A stretch of DNA of 61,648 bases, counting the filler, from Hausera hauseri (taxonomy: Eukaryota): NCBI GenBank assembly GCA_046269625.1. It is 11 parts of 11 records of this genome, joined end to end, with 100 filler letters (N's around TTAATTAATTAA, not from the genome) between each part and the next. Parts side by side here need not be neighbours in the genome. Positions count along the whole stretch, not along the records: positions 5,843 to 15,373 come from JBJURY010347712.1; positions 15,474 to 20,753 come from JBJURY010292392.1; positions 20,854 to 25,830 come from JBJURY010373036.1; 8 more parts are not named here. One strand, written 5' to 3'. A program made the position numbers and the translations under genes. A model generated the notes under the pieces. It did no database searches, had not been told where the DNA came from, and saw only the letters and a list, made by a program, of their open reading frames with translations. Below, piece after piece: positions 14,051 through 25,930 of this stretch (its first letter is position 1; each line of letters starts with the position of its first letter).

Positions 14051-14767
14051 GAATTTAACACCGTTGCAGATGCGTCAATCAGAAACTCTGGCAGCATTTT
14101 AATACCAATAACACCAACTCTGTCTGACCTTAACCAAGAAGACGGTAAAGCAATATCTGACAAGGAAGATGAAGAGACCAATAATAATCCGAACTTGTCA
14201 TCAAATGATGAATTAGATTGGAGAACTCAGGGTCATTCAAGCAACTTTAATGACTTCTTCCTAAACCCGGACTAGTTAATCGAAAATATCCACCAATTCG
14301 TCTGAGCCGGTTATCAGAAACTCCAATTTCTTATACGAGAAATAAACAGAACTGTTCTGACAAACAATATGATTCTATCTCGCCAAATCAAGAAGAGGGA
14401 ACACTCGGGAAAAAATCTTCCAACATCCATAAAAAGTTAGAGCAGATAAAGTCGAGTAAACGGGCTAAGCAGTCGGACAACATAAAAGCAGAACTAAGTC
14501 CCTCAATTCTACAATTAACAAAAAATGGCAAAACTTAACCTCTACAGAATATTCCAAAAGTATCAGAACCAAATTCGGAAACGAAAAACTCAATCTTGAC
14601 CAAATCAGAGATCGACTTGAAGCAGCAGTCAAATCAAGACTATACACCTTTGTTTCCTATTGGTCATTGGAATATACGTGCAAAGTAATAATGAACATTA
14701 TCCTAAATCTCTTGCATCTTTCGTTACCAATCAGTGGCTGGATTTCTTCCTCAAATAAATACAGACA

Positions 14768-15373
14768 GTGGAAACTATTTTTATGCGTGTTCATCCATTT
14801 GGAGGTAGGCCATCATCTCTTGGTGCCCTCATAAATTCCCAAACGATGCACAACAACGAACGAAAATGGGAGAGCAGTCCCGTGAAAATAATGATGAACA
14901 TATTTAAATACTTAACGATGGCCAATATATCAAAATGTTTGCAGTTATGTAGAAATTGGCATCTCACTGAGTGGCAAACGGTTTTGTGGAGTTCCTTTGA
15001 TTCTGCCCAGTGGAAGAAGAATAACAAAACTAGTGACGACAATAAAAAGGTATGCGCTTTATTGAAACTGCTAGGTGAAAACCGAAAAACATCTTCCCAT
15101 TTATGCATTCAGTAAAATTAGACAAATCTTCAAAATTGACAGATGACGCTTTGATGTCCCCACGCGATGTTTGTCCAAATCTCAAATCCCTCCGTGTTCG
15201 AAATTGTAGTTTGATTTCAAGTATGCCAATATTTCATGTGGTTGCAAAGTCAAAGTCTCTCAAAAGGTAAATGTTGAAGGATTTAGACAATTATCATCAA
15301 TCAACATTTTTTCTGATACAGATCTCTTTTGCCATGATAACCCCAATTTATCTGAACTGAATATTTCATCATG
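14768..15373 (+). pseudogene. F-box/LRR protein fragment
   Basis: F-box-like PVKIMMNIFKYLTMANISKCLQLCRNWH and LRR-like CPNLKSLRVRNCSLIS; in-frame stops. Confidence 0.65.
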
Positions 15374-15473
15374 NNNNNNNNNNNNNNNNNNNNNNNNNNN
15401 NNNNNNNNNNNNNNNNNTTAATTAATTAANNNNNNNNNNNNNNNNNNNNNNNNNNNNNNNNNNNNNNNNNNNN

Positions 15474-16185
15474 AAACTCGCCAATATTTTTTGTCATTCG
15501 AATAATGCAAATCAACAAATGGGAATAATTTTACTTTCATATGCATGTTACCAAAATTTATGGCGGCATTTGATTGCCAAATGTGTGGTGAATTTTCACG
15601 AAATTGACTAACTAGTTTATCAATAGCTTCTACCGGTGTAAAAACTTCTTTCCATTCCCGTTTAGACGTCAAACAAACACCTCCCGTTTGAGTTGAAAAG
15701 TTTTTTTTAAAAACTTCACTCATATCTGCCGTAAAGCTAATCGTATGAACAATACTGCGAAATTCACAATCCAATTTGGTAATATCATACTCCTCGGGAA
15801 AATAAGACAATTGTTTTCCAACCGTCTGTTAAAATGATGATGATATTTGGCACATCACTGCCCCATATTTTCTTCATCTCATCGTCGCAATATTTAACTG
15901 CTTCGGTATAACGAAAATCTCCGTGAACTTTATTTTTAAAATTTTTAACGAAGTCGTGAAACTGGTCTGAAACTAATTTGTAATCTTTCCTAAAGGGTGA
16001 TAGACTTCCTTCATTTCGATCTTAAAGTGAAATATAATGAACAAATGGATAATTCACAAATGAAAATAATTTTTCCACAAACATATGCCAAATCAATTTC
16101 ACTATTTTTTGTAAATTTTACTTAACATTGATATTGTATCATCGCATATCCGTGAGATTGGCTTGAACATATTCGTGTCACCACT
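15474..16185 (-). pseudogene. INTS14: Integrator subunit 14 (VWA9)-like fragment
   Basis: PFRKDYKLV...KIWGSDVPNIIIILTDG...AINFGNMHMKVKLFP parallels human INTS14 PFTRDYNTL...EWGGAIPCQVVLVTDG...LKCGHLTADVQVFP. Frameshift near 15815; interrupted at 16186. Confidence 0.6.
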
Positions 16186-16674
16186 TGATGTATCAATATT
16201 TTGCTGTTGGTTTTCGTTCGTTCGAATTCAATCCGATTGTTAGTCGGAAAGTTGTAAAGACTGGATCTTTGTCAATGAGTAAGACAAATGCAACGTTTGG
16301 CCTATTCGAATTTTCTCCTTTAAATATGGATGAGATTGTGGAAAATATCGATCTGATGGGAAAACAGTGGAGAATCGTTGCTGAGACACGATCATTGTCA
16401 TTGAGGATGATATGATGATGTTTTTCAACTGTTGTTAAGATATGGGAAGTAGAGACTCGATACGAAGTCGTGGACGTCAACTGGATCATAGGGGCCTTCG
16501 TATTCGACAAAAAATCGATTTGACACGTGCGCTAGCAATTGTGGAAATCGCATGGGTTTTAGGACTCGGTAACATTCGCTTTTATTGTTCCAGCAGTTGA
16601 TGGACACAACGGGCACTTTATATTCCAGTATATCAGCAATATGGATGATATCCTTCCGACGAATTAGACTTTCA

Positions 16675-19459
16675 AATTAGGTGAGAGGTAGTAGTAGAGA
16701 GAGGAAAAGCGATAGGGATAGAAGTAGAGAGAAGAGGAAGTTGCGAAGCGGAAATGAAAGGGGTAAAAGACGATGTGTGAGGAGAAAGGGAGAAAGAAAG
16801 CGCCGAAGATGAGGAAGATGTGGAAGGAAAAAGAAAGAGAGAGAGAGAGAGAGAAAAAACGGCGAAGAGGGACGAAGTGGAAAAAAGCAAAAAGATGGAG
16901 AGATTGGTGAAGTCGCAGTGGTGTTTGGCGGAGGATGTCTTGTAAAAGCAGAAATCAGGTTGTCACCAGGGGATGAAGGAGGTGTGAAAAGGCTTGAAGG
17001 TGCAAAATCGGATGGGGAAAAAGGCTGAACTGTCAGAAAAAATTGAAGTAGAAGTCTTTGGAGAAAACGTAGGCGAAAGTGGGTTAAAGAACTGAGCAGA
17101 GGTGGAACGTGAATTTTTGGATTTCTGCGCGTTGTGTAAAGATGTTGGCGGAGAAGTGGTTTCGATGGGAGACGTATCGTCAATTAAGAAAGCCGGCTTA
17201 GCTTTGTTGATGTGGACTGTTACTTCTTTGTCGTCCTTGAAAATTATGATGTTGTGAGAGTGTAAACGAATTACTTTGTAAGGGCCAACATACTGAGGTT
17301 GAAAACCACACGGCGTCAGATTCTTCAGCCATACGAATTTGGCAGTATATAAATCGTCGGGTATGTAAGGTTTATTGCCGTGTAATAGTCTACAAAATGA
17401 GTCTTTGCTGATCGCAACGAAGTGCCTCTGAGCCGCTTGTATGGTTTCGTCTGTAGGAATATTGTCCAGCTCAGCCAGCTCGAATAATGGTCTGATAGAA
17501 GTACCAAATAATGCTTCTGCAGGACAGCAGCCTGTAGAAGTAGATGGTGTGTTCCGCCAGCCAAGCAGAACGTACTAAAGGAGTGTAGTCCAACTGCGAT
17601 TGGACTCAGCAAGGATTTTGAAAGACGTTTTCATCGTTCGGTGAAAGCTTTCGAAAAGGCCATTCGATTGAGGATGATATGGTGACATGTGAATGTGGTT
17701 AATTCCCAATCGATTGAAAAGAGCTTTAAACAGGTTGGATTTGAATTGTGGGCCTTGGTCCGAAATGATTTGGCGAGGTGATCCAAACCTGCTGATCCAA
17801 GTGCGGATGAAAACGTCTGCGATTGTTTCTGTGTTGTGGCTGCGAAGCGGGACAGACTCTGGCCATCGCCAGAAACGGTCCATTATTGTGAGGATGAACT
17901 GATGGCCGTTGTCTAAGGGTAGTGGACCTACAAGGTCAATGTGAACAAATTCAAAACGAGACGTGCAGGGCAAATGATATAGCGGTAGCTTTAAGTGCTT
18001 AGTAACTTTGTATTTTTGGCATGCCACACACTGCCTAACCCATTCCTGCACGTCAGAGCGCATCAATGGCCATATTACTTGGCGTTGTAAGAGTTGAAAA
18101 GTGGCCTTGACATCAGGATGGTGCAACGAATGGATGCTGTTGAATGCTTCTTTTTGAAGCGATTCAGAAAGGAGGACTTTAGGATTATTAGGCTTGAAGG
18201 TGTCAAAGGCCACACCGTCGATGGTTTTGCATGATTTAAAAGATTTAAGGGTGTCAGGAGGTGGCTGGTTTTGTTGAAGTTTGGATTGAGTGAAAATTGG
18301 TGTAAAATCAATAGAGCTGACCGATCGGGACAAAAAGTCAGTTACTAAATTGTTGACTCTGTTTAGGTGCTTAATTTCAAAATTAAATGTGTACAAATAC
18401 GATATTTGCCTCTCCTGACGTGGAGAAGATGATTTCATGGTGAGAATTTGAATCTAGGGCTTGTGGTCCGTTTGTATTGTAAAGGTTCGCGCGGTTAGCA
18501 GATGCTTAAAGTGTTTGACTGCAAGGACCATTGCAAGCAACTCTCTGTCAAAGGTGGAATATTTTTGCTCTTGTGCCGTGCATTTTCGAGAAAAGAATTC
18601 TAATGGCTTATGGGATTTATTTTTGACTTCATGGAGGACAGCACCTGCAGCTGTTGTGGATGCATCCGTGGTTAAGAAGAGTTCTGCATGGGAGTCGGGA
18701 TATACCAGGATTTTCACGGATTTTAGATTATTTTGATGTGATCGAAAGCGTTCACAAGATTGACGGTCCATTGAATAGGTTGTTTTTTCTTTCCACAGCT
18801 TAGTGATGCAAAAGGAGCAGTTAGAGTGGAGCAGTGTGGAATATACATGTGAATAAAGTGCAAGGTTCCGAGGAAAAAACGCATCTCTGTTGATGTACGT
18901 GGTAGCTGTATGTCTTTGAGCTGTGTGATGCGCTCTGGCTGAGGTGAATGGCCGGAGGAGCTAATAACATGTCCTAGGAAGTTGATCTTATGTTAATTTG
19001 CAAGTTGTTTTGGTGCAAGCGCTGGAAGATTAAACGTAAGTGCTCGGAGTGTTGTTTCGAGGAGGATGATGCACTTAAGATATAATCGATATTGGGATAA
19101 ACAAAGTCTAAACCTGAGAGAACTGTATCAATATTACTTTGGAAGGTCTGGGAAGCGTTACGGAGTCCAAAAGGCATGAAAAGCTATTCGAAAAGACCGA
19201 AAGGTGTAATGACAGCCGTTTTCGGAATGTCTGCTGGGGTCACCGGAATTTGGTGGTATGCTTTCTGCAAATAAATGCAGGAAAAAATGGTCGAACCATG
19301 GAGCCTGCGAAGAATATCGTTGATTATTGGTAGAGGGTAGGCATCCATTGTTGTTATGATGTTGAGTTGGCGGTAATCAGCGCATGGACAAAAGGTACCA
19401 TCTTTTTTGGAACCACATGTAGTGGTGAAGACCAATAAAATTTGGATTTTCTGATTATT
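16675..19459 (-). mobile_element. Ty3/Gypsy clade A copy 3 (RT-RH-IN and Ser-rich tail)
   Basis: RT WSSPLHVVPKK and MPFGLRNASQTFQ; RH TTDAS, DRELLA, TDHKP; IN HIDLVGPLP, SDQGPQF, YHPQSNG. Closely similar to 39500-42400. Confidence 0.92.
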
Positions 19460-20753
19460 GAACTGTGGTTCATTTTGATGGCCTTACTGAACAAGTCGGA
19501 TTTTCCATAGTGTTTGATCTCCTCCAGTTCGAGATTCCTCAACTTCTCCAACCACAACATATGTGTTTGTCGATCATGAATTGCTGGATATTTGCTATGG
19601 GATACGACCGTAGTGAATGCCGGATGGACACATAGATCAGTATAGCAGACCGTGTCTAAGGAATCTTTGTCGATTTCCTTGATATTCGATCGAAGACAAT
19701 CGATAATCGACTGAGCTGATTTGATATTTTCGATCATTTTCTTGTAGCAGAGAGGTAGGTGTCTATTGGAGTACATAATTGGCATCGTATGGAGTTGGCA
19801 TTGACATTTTTTGGCCACTTTATTCTGGATCATTTCGAATATACAATCAACACTCTTACCTTGATAGGAAGAACAGGAATCGGTATTGTAGTCACAATAA
19901 GTATAGTTCCGGCGTTCGGAATTACACTTCCGCAGTGACCGTAAATGAGACTTGATCGTGATCTTCAAATCCACTTGCGTGTAAGCATCAACAACGAAAC
20001 TCTCGCTGATATGGGGGTATGTTTCGATTTCGTGAATCATTACGAGAACTCCGCTCGGCTTCGTGATATCATTAAATGGATCATGGATCTTCAGATTTAG
20101 TCGATTTAGTGCCTTATAAATAATAATACGGAAATCAGGCCTAAACCCATTTAATTTCATGACCTTCAACACATCTCGTGAAAGATTCTGACTCATTTTC
20201 GATACATTGAAAGTGAAACAGTTGCCATAGGGCCAAATAAAATGTACATCAAAATGTTCCCAACTGCAGATATTTTGCATGAAACTACACGACACAATAG
20301 CCGACCATGCTGGGTGGGTGTATGTAATATTCTTCGTGATATACAAATAATCTGCCAGATCCATTTTCGATAAATTGTCAGTGTAATTCATCCGCTTCAA
20401 CCCGCTTTTGAATGCCGGCTCGATTATTCGATTAAATCGCTGAATATCACTCAACAGTTTTTGATATTTCCCAGTGCCGATTACCGGTAACCGAATGGGA
20501 TTCGAGATGCAAAATGTTATATCGGGATAAGTGAAATTATTGTGATCGTGAAATGTATTTGTCAATACAGGAGTCTGAACGAATTTGTCCACCAGAAAAA
20601 ATAGATTGACACAGAATCCAATACTAGCAGTGATGGAGATGATCAACCAGAATAATCGTCTCTTCACACTTCGAGCTTGGGCCAAATGATTCAATCCATG
20701 GATGGTACTTCGTCGAGTGAAATGAAGGAGGATTGTTCCTAACCGTTTGAGTA
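19460..20753 (-). CDS. DEG/ENaC (amiloride-sensitive Na+ channel) N-terminal and extracellular region, truncated before TM2
   Basis: STIHG pre-TM1 motif, TM1 LFWLII, YPDITFC, YGNCFTFN, GVLVMIHE and a Cys-rich domain. Open for about 430 codons from the contig edge, then runs into Gypsy RT. Confidence 0.9.
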
Positions 20754-20858
20754 NNNNNNNNNNNNNNNNNNNNNNNNNNNNNNNNNNNNNNNNNNNNTTA
20801 ATTAATTAANNNNNNNNNNNNNNNNNNNNNNNNNNNNNNNNNNNNNNNNNNNNACAAA

Positions 20859-21172
20859 ATGCGATTCAAACGTAGTCAGCCGTACTTTATTGCTTTGCTC
20901 AAGACACCTACGAGACATAAGCGAAACATGCTACGATCATTCCCGCAATTTGTAGTAGCCGATTTGATGGAAATTTTGTATAATACTGTTGTGGGTCTGT
21001 TGACATTGGTAGTAGGAAGCGGAATTTACTAAAGTATCGAAAATGACTCATCAGCTTTGCCAACGCTAGGAGTAAACGACTTAAACGGGAGGTCATGTAC
21101 CACCAAGAGGGATGATTCCTTGGTGCAATTTTACCGGTTGTCGCGTCATTAATCGGTGGTCTCTTCTGGTGA
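20859..21172 (+). pseudogene. Polinton small basic protein with amphipathic C-terminal tail
   Basis: EILYN...KRNLLKYRK...HQEG then FLGAILPVVASLIGGLFW (frameshifted), typical of the QxGGFL-type Maverick ORF. Confidence 0.6.
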
Positions 21173-21319
21173 ACAGTATAAACAATTGGTGCAAGTATTC
21201 GATGTTTTGCGGTATTGGTGCATTGTTTTCATAGTTATGTTCCACTTTGCCGAATCTTTCATTTACGTTTTGTCCAAATTGTTGTAATGCAAACAAAAAC
21301 AACATTGATAACACCGACG

Positions 21320-22330
21320 ATGGATATATGGATCGATCCACGTCATCCTGTCGGGTATACTGGCGTCAATAAACTGGAAAAGATTGTACAGCAGAGTCGT
21401 CAACAAACCCAACGTTGGTGGGGAAACAGTTGGCATACGGCCTAAACAAACCAGTGAGGAAACTCATGCATACCATGCTGCAGGCGTAAACAATGTATGG
21501 CAAATGGATCTGATGGAAATGATCCCGTATGCAAAAATTAAAGATGGGTATCGATACGTATTGACGTGAGTTGATGTATTTAGTCGCTTTGCACGTGCAA
21601 TTGCCGTCAAATCCAAATCCGGTAAGGACATTGCCGACGCTATTCACAGATTAATTGAACAACACTCGCCGAAGCACACACAAACGGACTTGGGTAAGGA
21701 ATTTTACAATTCTCATGTCGCCTCGGTTTTCAGGCGGTTCGGTATAAACCACTTCTCTGTATTTACACAATAAAAGGCCACACTCGTTGAACGATTTAAT
21801 CGAATCCTACGCAGCCGACTGAACAAATTCTTTACCAAACGGGGCAATAAACGCTGGGCAGATGAACTACCGGATATTATCCATGCATACAATCATTCGA
21901 CACATCGTGGCATCAATGGATTACGGCCGGTTGATTTAAACGATGATTTGGACATGTAGCTTTGCCAAAACCGACAACAAGCAGTTAATCGTCGTCTGAC
22001 ATATAGAATTAGCGATTATGTACGTGTTTCGCGGCTGAGCACAACTACATATATCAAGAATTTCAACCAGAACTGCAGCGATGAGGTGTTCCGAATTTCA
22101 GCAATCAACACAAAACAATTATCCGTCATGTACGTTGGGAAGATGAGAATGGTAGGGAGATACGTGGTAAATTCTACGAACAGGAACTGCAGGTATTGTC
22201 AGAGAAACCCGACATATATCGTATTCAGGAAATTATACGTTCACGCAGTAAAGGTTCGAATAAACAATATCTGGTCAAATGGCTCTGATACACCAAACCC
22301 AGCTGGATATTTGCATCGCAGATCGAATGA
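21320..22330 (+). pseudogene. Polinton c-integrase with chromodomain
   Basis: WQMDLMEM, VDVFSRF, QTDLGKEF, VERFNR, AYNHSTH, GKFYEQEL and QYLVKW; several stops. Confidence 0.92.
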
Positions 22331-23379
22331 TGAGCACTTACTTGGTACGTGATAGTGAAAAGTCATCATCACAGAATGACAACAATACAGCTGAACGTTT
22401 TACCATGGACTTGGACCGACCGCTCGAACTACGCACGGAAACCTGGGAAGTGGCTCTGATGGAATTCACATTTACATTTTCACCCAAATCAATATGCGAG
22501 AAAAGTGGTATTTACTTTACCCAACTATAAGAATACCCTGTTTCAAGCAGTTTATAGTTAATCCGAGACTCTAACAAATATATTCTTCACAATTATTCGC
22601 GATACAATTTCTCGGTTTATGCTTATTTTTCAAACTACCATATGAAACTAACACATCGACATCCCATGGAATTGGAGTTTGAATCCGTAGCTGATGCTCA
22701 GGCATGCGGTTTTCAATCAGTCAATGGACGTTCGAAAGGTATACGGCTAGGTGGACATGTTATAATTGGTGAAAAATTGAACCTTTCATCTAATGATACA
22801 ACCGCAGTTGTAGTGAACTGGATTAGGTCAGAATCCGTCTTTCGCTCGCATATTTTACAATATGATTTATTTATGGAAACGGAACCGGAATTTTGTGAAT
22901 ACGTCAAGAAAACGGCTACATTAGCTGTAAAGACATGTAAAATAAACGCAGATGGTAATATTTCGCTTACACTACATGACAATGTTACATATTTTGCCTT
23001 TGATGAATTATTGGCTCGGAATCTGGGTTTGTCAAAAAGCGAATTCTACCAAACCATTGTTGGACAATCTAATGTTGCCAAATACAAACCGCAACTCTAT
23101 GGAGCATTTCATAGAATCAACATTTTAACGGCCTTAACGGAATCCGTACTTGTTGGTGGAGAACGTAAACAACTACTGGCTTCTATCGAACTAGATTCTG
23201 ACACGTACAAAACATCGGGTTAAAATGTTCGCGTTAATATGTTCAGACCCATGCACTTATCATTGTCTCACAATATTGTGCACAGTATTTCCGTGTATAT
23301 GCTTAATGAATTTGGGAACCCATTAAATTTCTGTTTCGGTCAACGACATTTCACGTTACATTTTCGACGTCGTCGATAA
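22327..23379 (+). pseudogene. Polinton minor capsid (penton-like) protein 1
   Basis: N-terminal NNTAERFTMDLDRPLEL...WEVALMEF; C-terminal ESVLVGG...LLASI...FTLHFRRRR. Confidence 0.8.
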
Positions 23380-23412
23380 TAAACAAACTGCATAATCATC
23401 TTCATTGTGAAT

Positions 23413-24477
23413 ATGAGTATTTACATGATGTTGCGGAGCAACAGTTGCCCGACGACTCGTCCGAACAATTCAGCCAGTGAATACGTTGTAGATGGGGACA
23501 GTCCTTTGGATTTATCTGGAAAATGGGAGGTTGCACTGACGGAGTTTAACTTTCCCTATGCATCGGTGACATTGAATGGTAATATGAATATAACGTATAA
23601 CAAGACTGTTACTGAAACCAAAACACATTCTTGTCCTCTGACACTTACTAGCAATAAAGTAACAGTTAGAGAATCTTCCATTTGCAGGACCAGTACAAAT
23701 TACGATTCACACGGCAAGATCGGTGTTTTTATTTTAGGGGGAAACTTACATTTTGTGGCAGATTTTGAATTTTCTGTCAACTTTGAGTCCTCTGATATTG
23801 CGCAGAAATTTGGATTCAAAAATACAGAGTAAAAAAGTAAATGTATTAAAAGTGAATATGCAGTTGCTCCAAGATTAAGTCCCATACATTACTGGACAAC
23901 AGTGAAATTTACCTATCCAGCACAAAGCGTGTCAACATTATACGTATGAATTGGAGACAATGTCTATTGTGAATCTGTAGAACATTTCTGTCAACACTTT
24001 TCTTCAAATCAAAAGTACAAGGAGATATTTAAAGTTTTCCACTCAGATGCAAGTGGGTACATTAAATTTGAACTGGCTAAGGATATTGTCGACATTTCAT
24101 CGAATAAAGCTTTGGCCATGGTATTGGGTTTTGAAAAACATCGGTATGAGGTATCGAATACGAAGGCATACGTTGCAACACTTAAACCCAAACTGAAAAC
24201 TGGACTAAGTCAAATGTACATTTACGCAAACATCACCGACCCGATTTTGGTCGGTTGAGTACGTGTACTGCTACTCCGTGCAATTTATCCGGAAAGCAGC
24301 AAGTATACTGCGGGCAACAATGTCACTGTCAAACTCGATAATCCAATGTATCTTTTTGTGGCAACTACATCTATAAACAATGTTGAGGAGAATATCAGAT
24401 GTGACGCAGGCTGCCTTATTGAATTTCCATACGGTACCACAACCAGTCTAACTATTCATTTCCGTCGAAACAAATAA
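23413..24477 (+). pseudogene. Polinton minor capsid (penton-like) protein 2
   Basis: LRSNS...NNSASEY...PLDLSGKWEVALTEF; MYIYANITDPILVG...LLRAI...LTIHFRR. Confidence 0.85.
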
Positions 24478-24511
24478 CTACAACAATATTATTGATTGTG
24501 AAATCGTTTCC

Positions 24512-24844
24512 ATTTACAGTAAACCCCAGCAAAATGGTGAACCGCCGTATTTTGTTGTTAAACAGTATGGCTCTGTATGGTTGCGTACATTGGCACGTTT
24601 AGCATTTTCAATTTTGATGCGTATTGGAGCCGTGGCAGCTAAAACATCGCAGGATTTACTATATGAAAACAAATCGATTTTATCATCACTGAAGGAACAT
24701 GCCTTGTCAGAAATAAAAAGCACTGCACCGGGAGTTGTGGAATCAGTCAAAAAACAATTCGCTGGTAGTGGCCTGAGATAACGTAGTAAATCAGCTAGCT
24801 TTTCAGCTATAAATAAACGTCGTCGTCGTACGATTTTCGATTGA
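24512..24844 (+). pseudogene. Polinton core / membrane-active protein (QYG motif, basic C-terminus)
   Basis: PYFVVKQYGSVWLRTLARLAF...KRRRRTIFD; homologue at 32379-32793. Confidence 0.7.
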
Positions 24845-24858
24845 TTTAAAACAGACAA

Positions 24859-25830
24859 ATGGCATTTGCAAAATCTGAATTGTGCATATTTGACAAAGCC
24901 GCGCCACAAGTTGTTACTGACAATGCAGTATTTGAAGAATTCTGCCCCGTTGATTGTGTTTTAACGGACGTTAACACTGACATTCAATTTAACATTATGG
25001 AGTCAGGCAATGAATATCTCGATTTGAATGACACGCTACTGTATGTAAAAGTTATTGTTAAAAGGATGCATCAACAGTTCTCGCTACAACAGGCACGTCA
25101 CACTGGCAAATTACCTTTTTCTCACATTGTTCCAGGAGGCTTCACTAATTTTAAACAGCGTCAAAATTGAAGACAACACTAGTCTCTACAGTATCAAAGC
25201 ACTCATTGAAACGGCTCTGAATTATAGTACAGACGTGGAAACGACACATTTGATGAAAACCATCGGATATGACGCCACTGCAGAAAACCGTCAGGCATGG
25301 GTGACAGAATCAAAAGCGCTTACAATGTGTGGACCGCTGTACTTTTACTTTTTCGATCAGGCGAAATACCTACTGCCCAGTGTTAAAGCCATGATTCGGC
25401 TCAATCGCAGTGACAATGTCTTTTGTTTGAAAACCTCGGTTGCAAATCTTAAACCCATACTGAAAATTACCGAGGCACGATTATACGAACGTCGAGTAAA
25501 TGTAGAACCATCTGTGCTCATGGGACATCGATTGGGCTCGGAAATACAAAATTCCTGTTACCCGATACAACGCACAGAACTCGTCTTTTACACCATACCC
25601 AAAGGTTCAACTACGTTGTACAAAGGTGCACTGCTTGGCAACATGCGATAGCTAAAATTTATGCTTGCTACATTTCAAGTGACTGTTCAACAAACCGGCA
25701 GTTTTACCACCGATTCGGAAATGTTTACCTATAGCAATGTGAATTACATCAGTTGGGGCCGAAATGTGGATTTCATTCAGACATACAAGTAGGATTTCGA
25801 GACTGGCGATTATATTTTGAACATATATGC
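24859..25830 (+). pseudogene. Polinton major capsid protein (double jelly-roll), 3' truncated
   Basis: KSELCIFD...YLDLNDTLLYVKV...GPLYFYFFDQAKYLLPSV...ARLYERRV. Confidence 0.9.
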
Positions 25831-25930
25831 NNNNNNNNNNNNNNNNNNNNNNNNNNNNNNNNNNNNNNNNNNNNTTAATTAATTAANNNNNNNNNNNNNN
25901 NNNNNNNNNNNNNNNNNNNNNNNNNNNNNN

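Larger units (their letters stand above)
20854..25830 (+). mobile_element. Polinton/Maverick (adintovirus-like) element, integrase and capsid module
   Basis: Ordered small virion ORF, c-integrase, two minor capsid genes, core protein and major capsid; all decayed. Confidence 0.92.

Noticed and set aside
16677-17183. Ser/Leu/Pro-rich ORFs after integrase (also 41768-42645) as env genes
   Set aside because: Low-complexity CT-rich tails, open in several frames, with no env features.
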